Positions 35,385 to 45,115 of a stretch of 64,000 nt of DNA are shown piece after piece. The notes under the pieces are model-generated. The model did not search any database. It was given only the letters and a program-made list of their open reading frames with translations, and had not been told where the DNA came from. Each line of letters opens with the position of its first letter. Positions within the stretch are counted from its first letter, which is position 1. The stretch comes from Blastocatellia bacterium AA13 (lineage in GTDB: Bacteria; Acidobacteriota; Blastocatellia; UBA7656). The translations under genes were made by a program, and so were the position numbers. Location: contig QHVH01000004.1 in assembly GCA_003222245.1 (NCBI GenBank), positions 67,441 to 131,440 on the forward strand, read 5' to 3'.

Positions 35385-36293
35385 ATGATCGACGCTTTCG
35401 AGACGCCGTTGGCCGCGCGACTCTTTAAATCTCTCCTTCGGTCCGCGCGGCCCAGGGGTTACATGCGGCTTCTATCCTGGATGGCACGGCTCGCGCCGTC
35501 GATGCGGAGCGTGAAAGTTCGCCTCGACTCCGACAGCTTTCTGGTGCTCGATCTCCGGAAGATAGATCATCAGCCCATCTTTCTGGATGGCGCGGTCACC
35601 TTTGAAGCCCAGGAGCGCGCGCTGCTCCACGCTCTCATTCCGCGCGGCGGCACGGCCATCGACGTAGGCGCGAATCAAGGCGTATACGCTCTCACCCTGG
35701 CCCGGATTGCAGGCGAGGACGGCCTGGTCATCGCCTATGAGCCGGAACCCCAGAGCCTGATCGCAAACGCGGCGCCCTGGTCTCAAATAGTCGTCAGGCC
35801 GTTCGCGGTCGGAAATTCCGAAGGCAGGGTCATATTCAGAAAAGAGAGATCGACCGCACTCTCGCACATCGTTCCCGGCGCCGAACGAAAGGCGCGAGAC
35901 GTGGAACGGCACTGCGTTACCCTGGATGCCGAGCTTCACCGGCTGCGGATCAAGCAGGTCGATTTCATCAAGATCGACGTCGAAGGCGGCGAAGACCGCG
36001 TCCTGATGGGCGCAGCCGCGTTGCTTGGCTCAACAGACCCGCCGGTGGTGATGTTTGAAATCGTCCCGGCCTTTCGCTCGCGCTGGGTAATGGGAGCGAT
36101 CGAGGCCTTGAGCCGGGTTACTCGCCGGCCGTGGCGCCTGTTTCGAGTTGGATGGGGGAAACCCACGGGTGAACTCCTGGACGGCAAGGAGCCCGACGGG
36201 CCTTGCAACATCATAGCGTTTCCGCCTTCAAGAGAGGCCGCGCTCATTCGCTTCCTGGCGCACACTATGCCGCCCGCTCTTCATAGAAGATGA
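35385..36293 (+). CDS. FkbM-family SAM-dependent methyltransferase (2 of 3)
   Basis: AIDVGANQGVYAL...VIAYEPEPQS...VDFIKIDVEGGEDRVLMGAAALL. Confidence 0.75.
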   Translation: MIDAFETPLAARLFKSLLRSARPRGYMRLLSWMARLAPSMRSVKVRLDSDSFLVLDLRKIDHQPIFLDGAVTFEAQERALLHALIPRGGTAIDVGANQGVYALTLARIAGEDGLVIAYEPEPQSLIANAAPWSQIVVRPFAVGNSEGRVIFRKERSTALSHIVPGAERKARDVERHCVTLDAELHRLRIKQVDFIKIDVEGGEDRVLMGAAALLGSTDPPVVMFEIVPAFRSRWVMGAIEALSRVTRRPWRLFRVGWGKPTGELLDGKEPDGPCNIIAFPPSREAALIRFLAHTMPPALHRR

Positions 36294-37834
36294 GTTCCGC
36301 CGCGATCGACACGAAGTCCGCGACTGATTCGGCCGCAACCGTCCGGAGTGAGCCCGTCACGCCGGACTCGCTGGCCCGAGTGTTCGTTCGCGGAGGAATG
36401 AGCCTTGGCGCGGCGTACTCGATAGAGAGGGGGACCACCTTTCTCGCCGGTCTGCTCGCGGCCCGCATAGCCGGGGCATCGGCGTTTGGCGCATACGCGC
36501 TGGCTCTATCAACCGCGTCGATGGTTGCTTCATATTCAGGCGCCGGAATTGGCTCGACTGCGAACCGGTTCTCGGGTCAGTTCCAACGATCGAGTCCGGG
36601 CTATCGCGGCTTTGTGAGAGCACTGGCGCTCATCAGCCTTGCTTCGGCCTCCTTAGCGACGTTGCTCCTCTTGGCGGGATCGGGTCCGCTGGCGGCGGTA
36701 CTCTTACACAACAGCGGTCTTGCCGGGCTTCTGAGAGGGGCCGCGTTCATGGGGGGCGCTGTAGTTTTGGCCGAATGCTGCAAGGGCTTTTTGATCGGAC
36801 AGAGACGCGTCGGCGCGCTTATTCTGTGGTCAATCGTCTCCGGCGCGGGTTTGCTCGTCGTGTTGCCGCTGACCGCGAGAATCAATCCCGCGGCGATGAT
36901 TACGGGCCAAACAGCGGTGCTGACAGGCGCGGTGGCCGCGGTGATCTTATTCAGAAGACGGCTTGGCCTTTCGCCGATTCGAGCTGACTCGAATGCGGTC
37001 GCCGGTCCGGCGATCAAGCCGGTGCTGATGTTCGGACTGGTTCAGTTGAGCGGGGTGGCGGGCATAAACATCGCGAGCTGGTGGATCGCCGCTCTGGTTG
37101 CCAGCTCCGACCCGGCGCTTCATCAGATGGGCTACTACTCGGCGGCGAATCAACTTAGAGCGCTGGCTTGCATAGCGCCGGGGCTGCTGGCCCAGGCGAC
37201 CTATCCTCTGTTGAGCCGCGAGAGCGGCGACGCCTATGGCGGACCTGATCGAGTGATGGCGCAGGGCGCGATTGTCTCCACAATAATGGCGACCTGCGCG
37301 GCGCTTGCAATAGTGCTCGTCCTGCCGTGGGCGGTCGCGGCCATGTATGGCGCGTCTTTTATATCGAGCGAACCGGTTGCGGGGCTGCTCCTTGGCGCCG
37401 CCGTCATTCATATGGGAGGCATACCGGCGGCGAACCGGCTCAGCATCGTAAGCCCGCGCGCGCTGGCTCTGGTTAATGGTTTATGGGCGTTGCTGCTGTG
37501 CGGGTTGGGGAGTCTGTTTGCCGTTCGCTGGGGCGCGTTGGGTGCATCGGCGGCCTTCCTGATCGCTCACGCGTGCTCGCAGTGCTTTGTGATGTTTTGC
37601 CTCAAGTTGAGAGGCGCCTTGCCGCGGTTGCTCCTGCTTTCGTTTTTTGGAGGACTGCTCGCCGCGATGATGATTGCCGGTTTGGCGATGGCCCGAGTTT
37701 GGAACGTCGGGATTTCGCCCGGGGCGGCCTGTTTCACAACGGCGGGATGCCTGACCATCGTTGCAATTCTGTTCCGCGGCTTGAGGGCGGGCGCGGTGAA
37801 CAAACCTGGCGCGGCGAACACCGCGGATGAGTGA
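36290..37834 (+). CDS. wzx: polysaccharide flippase (Wzx / MOP-superfamily oligosaccharide flippase)
   Basis: 514 aa with about 12-14 transmembrane helices. It sits in a GT-rich EPS locus. Its ATGA overlaps the upstream stop. Confidence 0.6.
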   Translation: MSSAAIDTKSATDSAATVRSEPVTPDSLARVFVRGGMSLGAAYSIERGTTFLAGLLAARIAGASAFGAYALALSTASMVASYSGAGIGSTANRFSGQFQRSSPGYRGFVRALALISLASASLATLLLLAGSGPLAAVLLHNSGLAGLLRGAAFMGGAVVLAECCKGFLIGQRRVGALILWSIVSGAGLLVVLPLTARINPAAMITGQTAVLTGAVAAVILFRRRLGLSPIRADSNAVAGPAIKPVLMFGLVQLSGVAGINIASWWIAALVASSDPALHQMGYYSAANQLRALACIAPGLLAQATYPLLSRESGDAYGGPDRVMAQGAIVSTIMATCAALAIVLVLPWAVAAMYGASFISSEPVAGLLLGAAVIHMGGIPAANRLSIVSPRALALVNGLWALLLCGLGSLFAVRWGALGASAAFLIAHACSQCFVMFCLKLRGALPRLLLLSFFGGLLAAMMIAGLAMARVWNVGISPGAACFTTAGCLTIVAILFRGLRAGAVNKPGAANTADE

Positions 37835-37909
37835 TGCCGAAAGGCGCGAAGACGGCGGGGCTTGCAACAAAAAGCGCCGCCGGGCAGCCGCCCTGCTTCA
37901 GAAAAAATC

Positions 37910-39034
37910 ATGCTACACGTCCTGGATGTGCGCGCCATATGGCTGAAGGAATTCGCTTCGGCGCTGGCCCGGATCACGCCGACCCTCGGATGGATTCCCG
38001 AAATCAGCGCGGTGGGCGCGCTGCACTCCCGAGAACGCAGCGATTCGCTTGCGGACCCGAAGCTCAACATTCGGAGGTTCCCGCTTCAACGCGGATTCGC
38101 GCGCGCGCCTGTGAGCGCGGCGTTGCGGCCCGCTTCAAAGATAAATCGACGTCTTGCGGCGCAATCCCAGGAACCGTCCAGGGCGGTGCTCGTTTGCAGC
38201 TCGCCGCATTACGCGGATGTGGCAAGGGAGTGGCCGGGACCATCCGTCTACTACGTGACCGATCTGTTTGCTGCTTATGGCGAGAAGCCGGCCCGCATCG
38301 AAGCGCTCGATCGCCGCATGTGCGCCGCCGCCGATCTTGTTTGTCCGAACTCAAAGCGAATAGCCGAGTATCTGATTTCGATAGGTTGTTCAGAAACCAA
38401 AATAGTGGTCATCCCCAACGCCACCCGCGCTGAGAACGTTTCTGATAGCCCGATCCTGAGCCCCGATCCTCTGCCTGAAGGAGCAGCCGATCTGCCAAGG
38501 CCGGTTGCGGGCGTGATCGGGAACCTCGCCGAGAACATCGACTGGGTTCTGATGTCGGAGGTCATCGGGCGCACCCCGTGGTTGTCGTGGCTCTTTGTTG
38601 GGCCAACCGATATGCGGATCGCCGACCGAACTCAGAGACAGGCGCGGCTCGCGGTGATGCAGTCGGGCAGAGCGCGATTCACTGGCTACCGGCCGTACGG
38701 CAGCCTCCGTGATTACGCAAGAGCGGTTGACGTTGCCGTGCTGCCCTATCGAAAGCGTGAGCCGACCTATTCAGGCAGCTCGACCCGGTTTTACGAACAC
38801 CTCGCCGCCTGCAGGCCCATCGTGTCGACACGCGGCTTTGAAGAGTTGTTGAGCAAGGAACCGCTGCTTCGGCTTGTTGACGGTACGGCTGAAATGGTGG
38901 ACTCGCTCGAACACCTTCGAGAGAGCGGCTTCAAAGACGGGCTCGAACAGCGCCGTTGCGATCAGAGCCGCGGCGAGACATGGGAAGCGCGCGCCAGAGT
39001 AATGTTGGATCAAATCGGCAAGCTCAGCCTGTAG
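37910..39034 (+). CDS. glycosyltransferase (GT1/GT4-like); start uncertain (ATG 37862 or 37910)
   Basis: The C-terminal half has a GT-B-like pattern (VIPNATRAE...VAGVIGNLAENIDW....LFVGP...AVLPYRKREPTYSGSSTRFYEHLAACRPIVSTRG). Confidence 0.5.
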   Translation: MLHVLDVRAIWLKEFASALARITPTLGWIPEISAVGALHSRERSDSLADPKLNIRRFPLQRGFARAPVSAALRPASKINRRLAAQSQEPSRAVLVCSSPHYADVAREWPGPSVYYVTDLFAAYGEKPARIEALDRRMCAAADLVCPNSKRIAEYLISIGCSETKIVVIPNATRAENVSDSPILSPDPLPEGAADLPRPVAGVIGNLAENIDWVLMSEVIGRTPWLSWLFVGPTDMRIADRTQRQARLAVMQSGRARFTGYRPYGSLRDYARAVDVAVLPYRKREPTYSGSSTRFYEHLAACRPIVSTRGFEELLSKEPLLRLVDGTAEMVDSLEHLRESGFKDGLEQRRCDQSRGETWEARARVMLDQIGKLSL

Positions 39035-39040
39035 CACGAT

Positions 39041-40267
39041 ATGTCGATCACGACTGATTCGAGAACGATGCATTCGCCGCTCGAGGCCGCGGCCGTTTCA
39101 ACCGCGGGCGCAAGGATTCGAGTTGCGATAGCGCTCTATCGCGACAACGCGATTGCGGGAGGATCGCTTCGCGTCGGAGAGACTCTCGCGAATTATCTCG
39201 AGGAAGCGAACGTTGAAGCCCATCTGATTTTCGCGTACGGCGGGCCCGGACCCGTGACCAGCCGCGCGCGCGCCGCATGCCACTTCCTGAATGCGGACGG
39301 GCGGTTTGACGCAGGGGCATGGCTTCGCGCCCGCGGCCTTATGAGAAAGCTGCAGCCGGACATCGTTCATTTTATGGAGCCGGTCGCGTGGCTGCGGGGC
39401 GCGTTGACGGGTACGGAGCCGATGAAGTTACTGCATCTGCACGGGCGCTTCAAACCTTCGTACATGAGCCGGCGCGGCAAGCTTCTTACACGCTCGATGT
39501 TATCGGCCTTCGACGCGCTGGTCTTCATATCCAACGAAGCGAGGCTCGATACGCAACGATTGGGGTGGGGCGAAGCGGCGGCTATGCATACCGTCTACAA
39601 TGCAATCGACTGCAGCCTCTTTGATGATCTGCCCTCGAAGCGCGCGGCGCGGGAGAGGCTTCGCTTGCCGCAGGACGCAAGAATAGCCGGAATGACTTGC
39701 AGGCTGGTACGACACAGGGGTTGCGACGACGCGATTCGAATCCTGGAGCGTCTTGATCGGAGCTGGCATCTCGCGCTGGTTGGCGACGGCCCATACCGGG
39801 CCGAGTTGGAGCGCTTGGCCGGCGCGGTACGGCTTCAGAATAGAGTCCACTTCACCGGTTTGATGGATGATGTGAGGCCTGCTCTTGCGGCCTTCGATGC
39901 GGCCCTTTTTCTTGCGCGGTACGAACCGTTCGGGCTCGCCATCTGCGAGGCGATGGCGGCGGGCGTTCCAGTGTTCGCGCTGTCGGGCGAGAACGAGTTC
40001 GCGGAGGCCGAATACCCGTTGATCACGGATGACAACGCCGTTTGCGTCCCGCGAAACAGACCGCACGAATTTGAAGAGCGTGAGAGCTCGGAGACACTGG
40101 ATCTGATAGCCGGGAGAATCCGGGACTACGGCGAGAATCCAGCCCGGCATCAGCGCATGGTCACCGAGGCGTATGAGTGGGTTCGCGAGAGGTTCGACGC
40201 GCCGGTTCTGGCCGCTTCGATGGCCGGGCTTTATAGAAGCCTCTTGCACGAAGGGGCGCGGGCGTGA
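39041..40267 (+). CDS. glycosyltransferase family 4
   Basis: LALVGDGPYRAELERLAGAVRLQNRVHFTGLMDDVRPALAAFDAALFLARYEPFGLAICEAMAAGVPVFA. Confidence 0.8.
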   Translation: MSITTDSRTMHSPLEAAAVSTAGARIRVAIALYRDNAIAGGSLRVGETLANYLEEANVEAHLIFAYGGPGPVTSRARAACHFLNADGRFDAGAWLRARGLMRKLQPDIVHFMEPVAWLRGALTGTEPMKLLHLHGRFKPSYMSRRGKLLTRSMLSAFDALVFISNEARLDTQRLGWGEAAAMHTVYNAIDCSLFDDLPSKRAARERLRLPQDARIAGMTCRLVRHRGCDDAIRILERLDRSWHLALVGDGPYRAELERLAGAVRLQNRVHFTGLMDDVRPALAAFDAALFLARYEPFGLAICEAMAAGVPVFALSGENEFAEAEYPLITDDNAVCVPRNRPHEFEERESSETLDLIAGRIRDYGENPARHQRMVTEAYEWVRERFDAPVLAASMAGLYRSLLHEGARA

Positions 40268-41169
40268 GCAACGCCAGCTCTCAGATCTCCTGGACAACTT
40301 CGTCCCCAGTACCGGCCCTGTTGCGGGGCCTGGCGAAGCTCGGAATGAGGCGGGGTCTGTCGCGCCTTGCAAGCGGTATCGGGGGCCGGATTCGGGTTCG
40401 CTGCGGGACGGTGACTTTGCAGCTTGATCTGGCTTCGGCGCAGGAGCGGCATCTCTTTCTTGGTCTCAGCGAGCGCGAGGTGATCGCACTAACTCGAACG
40501 TTCCTCCGGGCCGGAGATACGGCGGTGGACATCGGAAGCAACATCGGATTTCATACGGCGGTGATGGCGAATCTGGCGGGCGCGTCGGGCCGCGTCTATT
40601 CCTTCGAGCCCAATCCCGATTTGCGCACCCGGCTGGACTACATCGTCGATCACAATCCGCTGAAGAACATCGAAGTCATACAGGCGGCGGTGAGCGACAC
40701 CGGCGGCGAGGCGCTTCTACAAGTCTCCTCGCTCAGCGGGCTATCGAGCCTCCTCACCAACTGGAATCCCGAAACGACGATTCGAAGCGAGCGGGTTCCG
40801 GCCGTGACGCTGGATGGATTTCTTGAGGTGCGCGGCGTGGACTCGATTGCGGTGGTCAAGATCGATGTGGAAGGTCACGAAGCCGCTGTTTTCAAGGGTG
40901 CACGGAGCACGCTGGAACGGCGGGCGGTCAAGGTTTTCGTTTTTGAGCTAACGCCGCCGAGCCACCCCGCTTATTCGCGCCGGCGCACCGATGAAATGCT
41001 GGCAAGTCTCGAATCATGCGGGTATTCGCTGGTGAACTTGGCCCAGAACAAGGGACGGCGCAAAGCGCGGAACAGGGCCATCGATCGCCGCTCCATCCTG
41101 GATGAACCGGAGCGTCTCGCTCCCGGATATAACATCGCGGCCATAAGGGGCGGCGATCACGAAAGATAA
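40264..41169 (+). CDS. FkbM-family SAM-dependent methyltransferase (3 of 3)
   Basis: AVDIGSNIGFHTAVMANLAGASGRVYSFEPNPD...VVKIDVEGHEAAVFKGARSTLERRAVKVFVFEL. GTG start within a GTGA overlap. Confidence 0.75.
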   Translation: MSNASSQISWTTSSPVPALLRGLAKLGMRRGLSRLASGIGGRIRVRCGTVTLQLDLASAQERHLFLGLSEREVIALTRTFLRAGDTAVDIGSNIGFHTAVMANLAGASGRVYSFEPNPDLRTRLDYIVDHNPLKNIEVIQAAVSDTGGEALLQVSSLSGLSSLLTNWNPETTIRSERVPAVTLDGFLEVRGVDSIAVVKIDVEGHEAAVFKGARSTLERRAVKVFVFELTPPSHPAYSRRRTDEMLASLESCGYSLVNLAQNKGRRKARNRAIDRRSILDEPERLAPGYNIAAIRGGDHER

Positions 41170-41175
41170 CGTGAG

Positions 41176-42342
41176 ATGACTGAGCCGGTCAGGACCGCGC
41201 ACGTAATCGGCGCGCTCAATTATGGCGGTGTCGAGACCTGCGCCTTGAACCTGCTGAGGGAGCTTCCGCGTTCCCTCATCGAGTCGCGGGTCTACTTCAC
41301 CGGGGAAGCTCTCACCGACCGCGCCCAGGAATTCGCGCGGGCCGCCGCCGGATTCAAGCACGTTCCTTTCATAACGCCGCATCGCGTGAGGTTCATAAGG
41401 CGGCTGGCGGAGTCGTTCAGGGCGGACAGGATTGAGGCGGTCCTTTGCTACAGCTTCGGGAATCACGCGTGGGTGTCGATGGCGGCGGCGATCGCGCGAG
41501 TATCGCGCTGCTACGTTCGCGTGGGAGGGTCGCCGTTGCGCGGCGCGATGACCCGGTTGAAGTGCATCGTGCTCAGTCATCTTGCGCGCCCGTTCTGCGG
41601 CGGCGAGATCGCTCAGTCTTATCAGATCCGGCAGGAACTGGTCGCCGGGCTTGGCTTGCCCGCGCGCCGCGTTTGCGTAATCGAGAATTTCGTCGATGTC
41701 TTTGAAGTGGCTCGCAGAGCCGCTATCGGCCGGGCCATGCGTCTCGATGCGGCCGGCGTCATCATTATGGCGGCTCGCATGGATGACGCCAAGGATCACG
41801 CGACGATGATCAAGGCGTTCGCGGAACTCATTCGCGAGGGGCTTGCTCTTCGGCTCAGGCTGGCGGGCGACGGTCCTGCGCGGGCCGCTCACGAAGCTCT
41901 GTGCCGCGCGGAAGGAGTGGAGTCATTCGTTGAATTTCTCGGCGCCAGAAGCGACGTTCCGGAGCTGCTCGGGGCCAGCGACGTAGCCGTATTGTCCACT
42001 CACACCGAAGGCTTCGGACTGGCGATGGCGGAAGCCATGAGCGCCGGAGTGCCGATTGTCGCGACTTCGCTCGCCGTCACCCGGGAGGTTCTTGACGAAG
42101 GATTCAGCGGCTTGCTCGTGCCTCCTCGTGATCCCCATTCGCTGGCTGACGCGATAAAGCGGTTGCTGGCGGACCCGGCGCTGCGAGAGAGGCTTGTGTC
42201 AAGCGCGTTCGAAAAAGCCGCCCGCCGGTATGACATCGGCAGGGCGATTCAGGAATATAGCCTGTTGCTTGCGGGAACCCGCGCTCATCTATTTGCCGGA
42301 CAGTCGGGCAGCGTCTTGAGCCGTTCGGTCAGAGTCCAGTGA
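41176..42342 (+). CDS. glycosyltransferase family 4
   Basis: LRLAGDGPARAAHEALCRAEGVESFVEFLGARSDVPELLGASDVAVLSTHTEGFGLAMAEAMSAGVPIVATS. Confidence 0.8.
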   Translation: MTEPVRTAHVIGALNYGGVETCALNLLRELPRSLIESRVYFTGEALTDRAQEFARAAAGFKHVPFITPHRVRFIRRLAESFRADRIEAVLCYSFGNHAWVSMAAAIARVSRCYVRVGGSPLRGAMTRLKCIVLSHLARPFCGGEIAQSYQIRQELVAGLGLPARRVCVIENFVDVFEVARRAAIGRAMRLDAAGVIIMAARMDDAKDHATMIKAFAELIREGLALRLRLAGDGPARAAHEALCRAEGVESFVEFLGARSDVPELLGASDVAVLSTHTEGFGLAMAEAMSAGVPIVATSLAVTREVLDEGFSGLLVPPRDPHSLADAIKRLLADPALRERLVSSAFEKAARRYDIGRAIQEYSLLLAGTRAHLFAGQSGSVLSRSVRVQ

Positions 42343-43913
42343 ACTCGCATATGAACAAATCCGGCTTCAATGATTGGGAGTCCCCGGCCGCGGGCGAGTT
42401 GGTGTTTCCTCCAATCGCGAGAATCGTCGCCGTCTGTCTTGCGGCCGTGATAGTGCTCGCTTTGATCAAGCCTCTGATTTTGGGAAGCGGGATGCCGCGG
42501 CTGCTTCCGCTCTTTGCCTCGATCGTGTCCGTCGTCTCTCTCGGCGCGGCAGGCATAAAACGGGATGCTTCAGCGTCGCTCATGCGCGTGGGATTTCACG
42601 CGGGGCTTTTCGCATTCTTCCTGTCTTTCCCGGTCATCTCGCCCGATGACCTTGATCCGAACATACCGGACGACGTTCATTGGGCTACGGGTTGGGTTCT
42701 GCTGCTGACGCTGGCCGGATTCGAGGTTGCGTATTCGCTGCGAATGCGAACGCGCCGGAAACCGAATCAGAAGCCGATGTGGGTCGTTATAAGACCGTAC
42801 GATCAAAGATGGCTGTGCAGCGCGATGTGCATAGGACTCCTGGCGTGGGCCATAACGGTATGGGATTACGCGCGCTCGGCGAACGCATCGCTGAGCCAGG
42901 TAATACTAACAATGCGCGGACCGATTGAAGGCGCGACAGTCGAACCGGTGACCAGTCTTGGCGCGTTTGGTTATCTCTTCGGGATGGGGATCAGCGCGGC
43001 GGGCGTGGCGGCGTCGATTCTGGTCACGGCTTTCGGTGCGCGCATCTCGAAGAGCCTCAAGGCCGCAAGCTGGTCTGTGATTCTGACGTGCGCGGCCATC
43101 GGATTCTTGAGGGGCTCGCGAGCGGTGTTTCTTTATTCATTTGTACCGCTGGCCGCGACCTGCTGGACATTGTTTCAGCAGCGGCGAACCAACCGTTCGA
43201 TCCGCTGGCTCTGGTTCGGCGCCGCGACCGGGCTCGTTATTGTAGCGTGGAGTGCTATCGCGGCGATGCGCGGCGCCGATATTCGCGCCTACGAGGGCGG
43301 GTGGGAGCACATATCACCCGTGATTCAGGCGCGAGGCGCGTTCGACATCTATTCGGCTCTGGCGGTGATAGTGAAGGCGTTTCCCGAGCAGATCGAATTC
43401 GAGCATGGATACTCGCTTGTGCCGCTCGCGCTCGGCTGGGTTCCGCGGACGGTGTGGCCGGAGAAGCCCTACCCGTTCAGCCTGTATGCCAGCCTCATAA
43501 ACGGAGAGACCCTCGAAGTAAGAAAGGCGAGCATCGCGGTCGGTTTGCCCGGTGAAGGCTACGGGAACTTTGGATTGGCGGGCGCGCTTGTGTGGGGCGC
43601 GTTGATGGGACTTGCGTGCAGGAAGGGCGACGACTACATAAACGGGCTTCGGCACGGCCACCCTCTCTGTCTGCACCTGGCCGGCTTCGCGGGAATATGG
43701 GCGGCCATGATCGTCAGGGGCGGAGTGCCGGAGATGTTCTATATGGGTCTGAACGTCATCGCGATTCCGGTGTTGATGTCCCTCTATCTCGCGCGGCGCG
43801 GCAGAGCGCGGTATGGCCGCTCCGCCGCCGGCTTCGTTGAACCGGCAAGAACCCGAATACCTGTGCCTGAGACACCCGTGCCGGAGACATGTGCCCGTGC
43901 CGGAGACATGTAA
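42339..43913 (+). CDS. polytopic membrane protein, putative Wzy-type oligosaccharide repeat-unit polymerase
   Basis: It has about 12 transmembrane helices and a large loop, and sits in the EPS locus between glycosyltransferases. A C-terminal PVPETPVPET short tandem repeat is present. Confidence 0.4.
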   Translation: MNSHMNKSGFNDWESPAAGELVFPPIARIVAVCLAAVIVLALIKPLILGSGMPRLLPLFASIVSVVSLGAAGIKRDASASLMRVGFHAGLFAFFLSFPVISPDDLDPNIPDDVHWATGWVLLLTLAGFEVAYSLRMRTRRKPNQKPMWVVIRPYDQRWLCSAMCIGLLAWAITVWDYARSANASLSQVILTMRGPIEGATVEPVTSLGAFGYLFGMGISAAGVAASILVTAFGARISKSLKAASWSVILTCAAIGFLRGSRAVFLYSFVPLAATCWTLFQQRRTNRSIRWLWFGAATGLVIVAWSAIAAMRGADIRAYEGGWEHISPVIQARGAFDIYSALAVIVKAFPEQIEFEHGYSLVPLALGWVPRTVWPEKPYPFSLYASLINGETLEVRKASIAVGLPGEGYGNFGLAGALVWGALMGLACRKGDDYINGLRHGHPLCLHLAGFAGIWAAMIVRGGVPEMFYMGLNVIAIPVLMSLYLARRGRARYGRSAAGFVEPARTRIPVPETPVPETCARAGDM

Positions 43914-45092
43914 ATGAACGCGGCGGTCATCTATGAAAAGCTCGCGCCCTTTCACGTAGCGCGATTGGAGCAGGCGGGGCGGCTGTGGAAAGCGCGAGGA
44001 TCAACCCTGGCCTGCATCGAGATCGCGGGCGAGCAATCAAGCTACCGCTGGCCCTCGATTCCAAGGAGTTCCGGTGAGTTCACGCTGCTAACGCTGTTCC
44101 CCAAACGCGAGAGCGGTGAACTGGCGGCGGGCGAGGTTCGTCAGGCGATCAAACAGGCGCTCGAAGATCTGGACGCGGATGTGATCGTGATCAACGGCTG
44201 GGCGTCCAGCGCATCAAGGGCGGCGCTCGCGTGGTGTTGCGGGCGCGGCACGCCTCGCGTCGTCATCTCCGACAGCCAGTACATAGACCGGCCTCGCCGC
44301 TTCTGGAAAGAATCGCTCAAGCGCTTCTTCGTCAAGCAGTGCCACGCGGGCTTTGCGGGCGGCAGCCCTCACGTTCGCTACCTTCAATCGCTCGGGCTGC
44401 CGGCAGGCTCATGCGTGGTTGGTTGCGACGTTATCGACAACAGCTTCTTCGGCGCCGCCCTTCGAAGAAAACTCGAAAATGGCGCCGGAAACACGCCGGA
44501 GGTAATGAACCTTTTGAGCTGCGTGCGGCTTCTCGAAATCAAGAACATCCCTTTCGTGCTTCGGACGCTGAAGAGGTTGACGATCCCATGGAAATGGACC
44601 ATCGCGGGAGACGGCCCCGAGCGCGAGCGGATTTCACGGCTCCTTGACGCGCCCTCGCTGCGCGAGCGCGTCGTGATGATCGGACGCGTCGACTATGACG
44701 GGATTCCGCCGGTGTATGAAGCCGGCGGGGTCTATCTTCAGCCGAGCGTTTCGGAACCGTGGGGACTTGCGGTGAATGAGGCGATGGCGTCAGGGCTGCC
44801 GGTGCTGGTTTCCAAGCGCTGCGGATGCCGCGAAGACCTGATCACCGAAGGCTTGAACGGCTATGTATTCGATCCGACGAATTCCGACGATCTCGCGCGC
44901 GTTCTGAACCTGATGTGGGCCCGCCGGAGTGACTGGCGCGAAATGGGGCTTCAATCAAGCATGCTGATTCGATTCTGGTCGCTCGATCTGTTCAGCCGAA
45001 GCCTGTGGCGCGCTTGCGAGATCGCGATTCAACGGGCCGCCGAAAGCGAGGGGCGGCGCACCGGACTCGATCTGCTGTGGCGGCTCGTGTGA
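43914..45092 (+). CDS. glycosyltransferase family 4
   Basis: WTIAGDGPERERISRLLDAPSLRERVVMIGRVDYDGIPPVYEAGGVYLQPSVSEPWGLAVNEAMASGLPVLVS. Confidence 0.8.
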   Translation: MNAAVIYEKLAPFHVARLEQAGRLWKARGSTLACIEIAGEQSSYRWPSIPRSSGEFTLLTLFPKRESGELAAGEVRQAIKQALEDLDADVIVINGWASSASRAALAWCCGRGTPRVVISDSQYIDRPRRFWKESLKRFFVKQCHAGFAGGSPHVRYLQSLGLPAGSCVVGCDVIDNSFFGAALRRKLENGAGNTPEVMNLLSCVRLLEIKNIPFVLRTLKRLTIPWKWTIAGDGPERERISRLLDAPSLRERVVMIGRVDYDGIPPVYEAGGVYLQPSVSEPWGLAVNEAMASGLPVLVSKRCGCREDLITEGLNGYVFDPTNSDDLARVLNLMWARRSDWREMGLQSSMLIRFWSLDLFSRSLWRACEIAIQRAAESEGRRTGLDLLWRLV

Positions 45093-45115
45093 GTCTCGTG
45101 AGTCTCGTGTGAATA

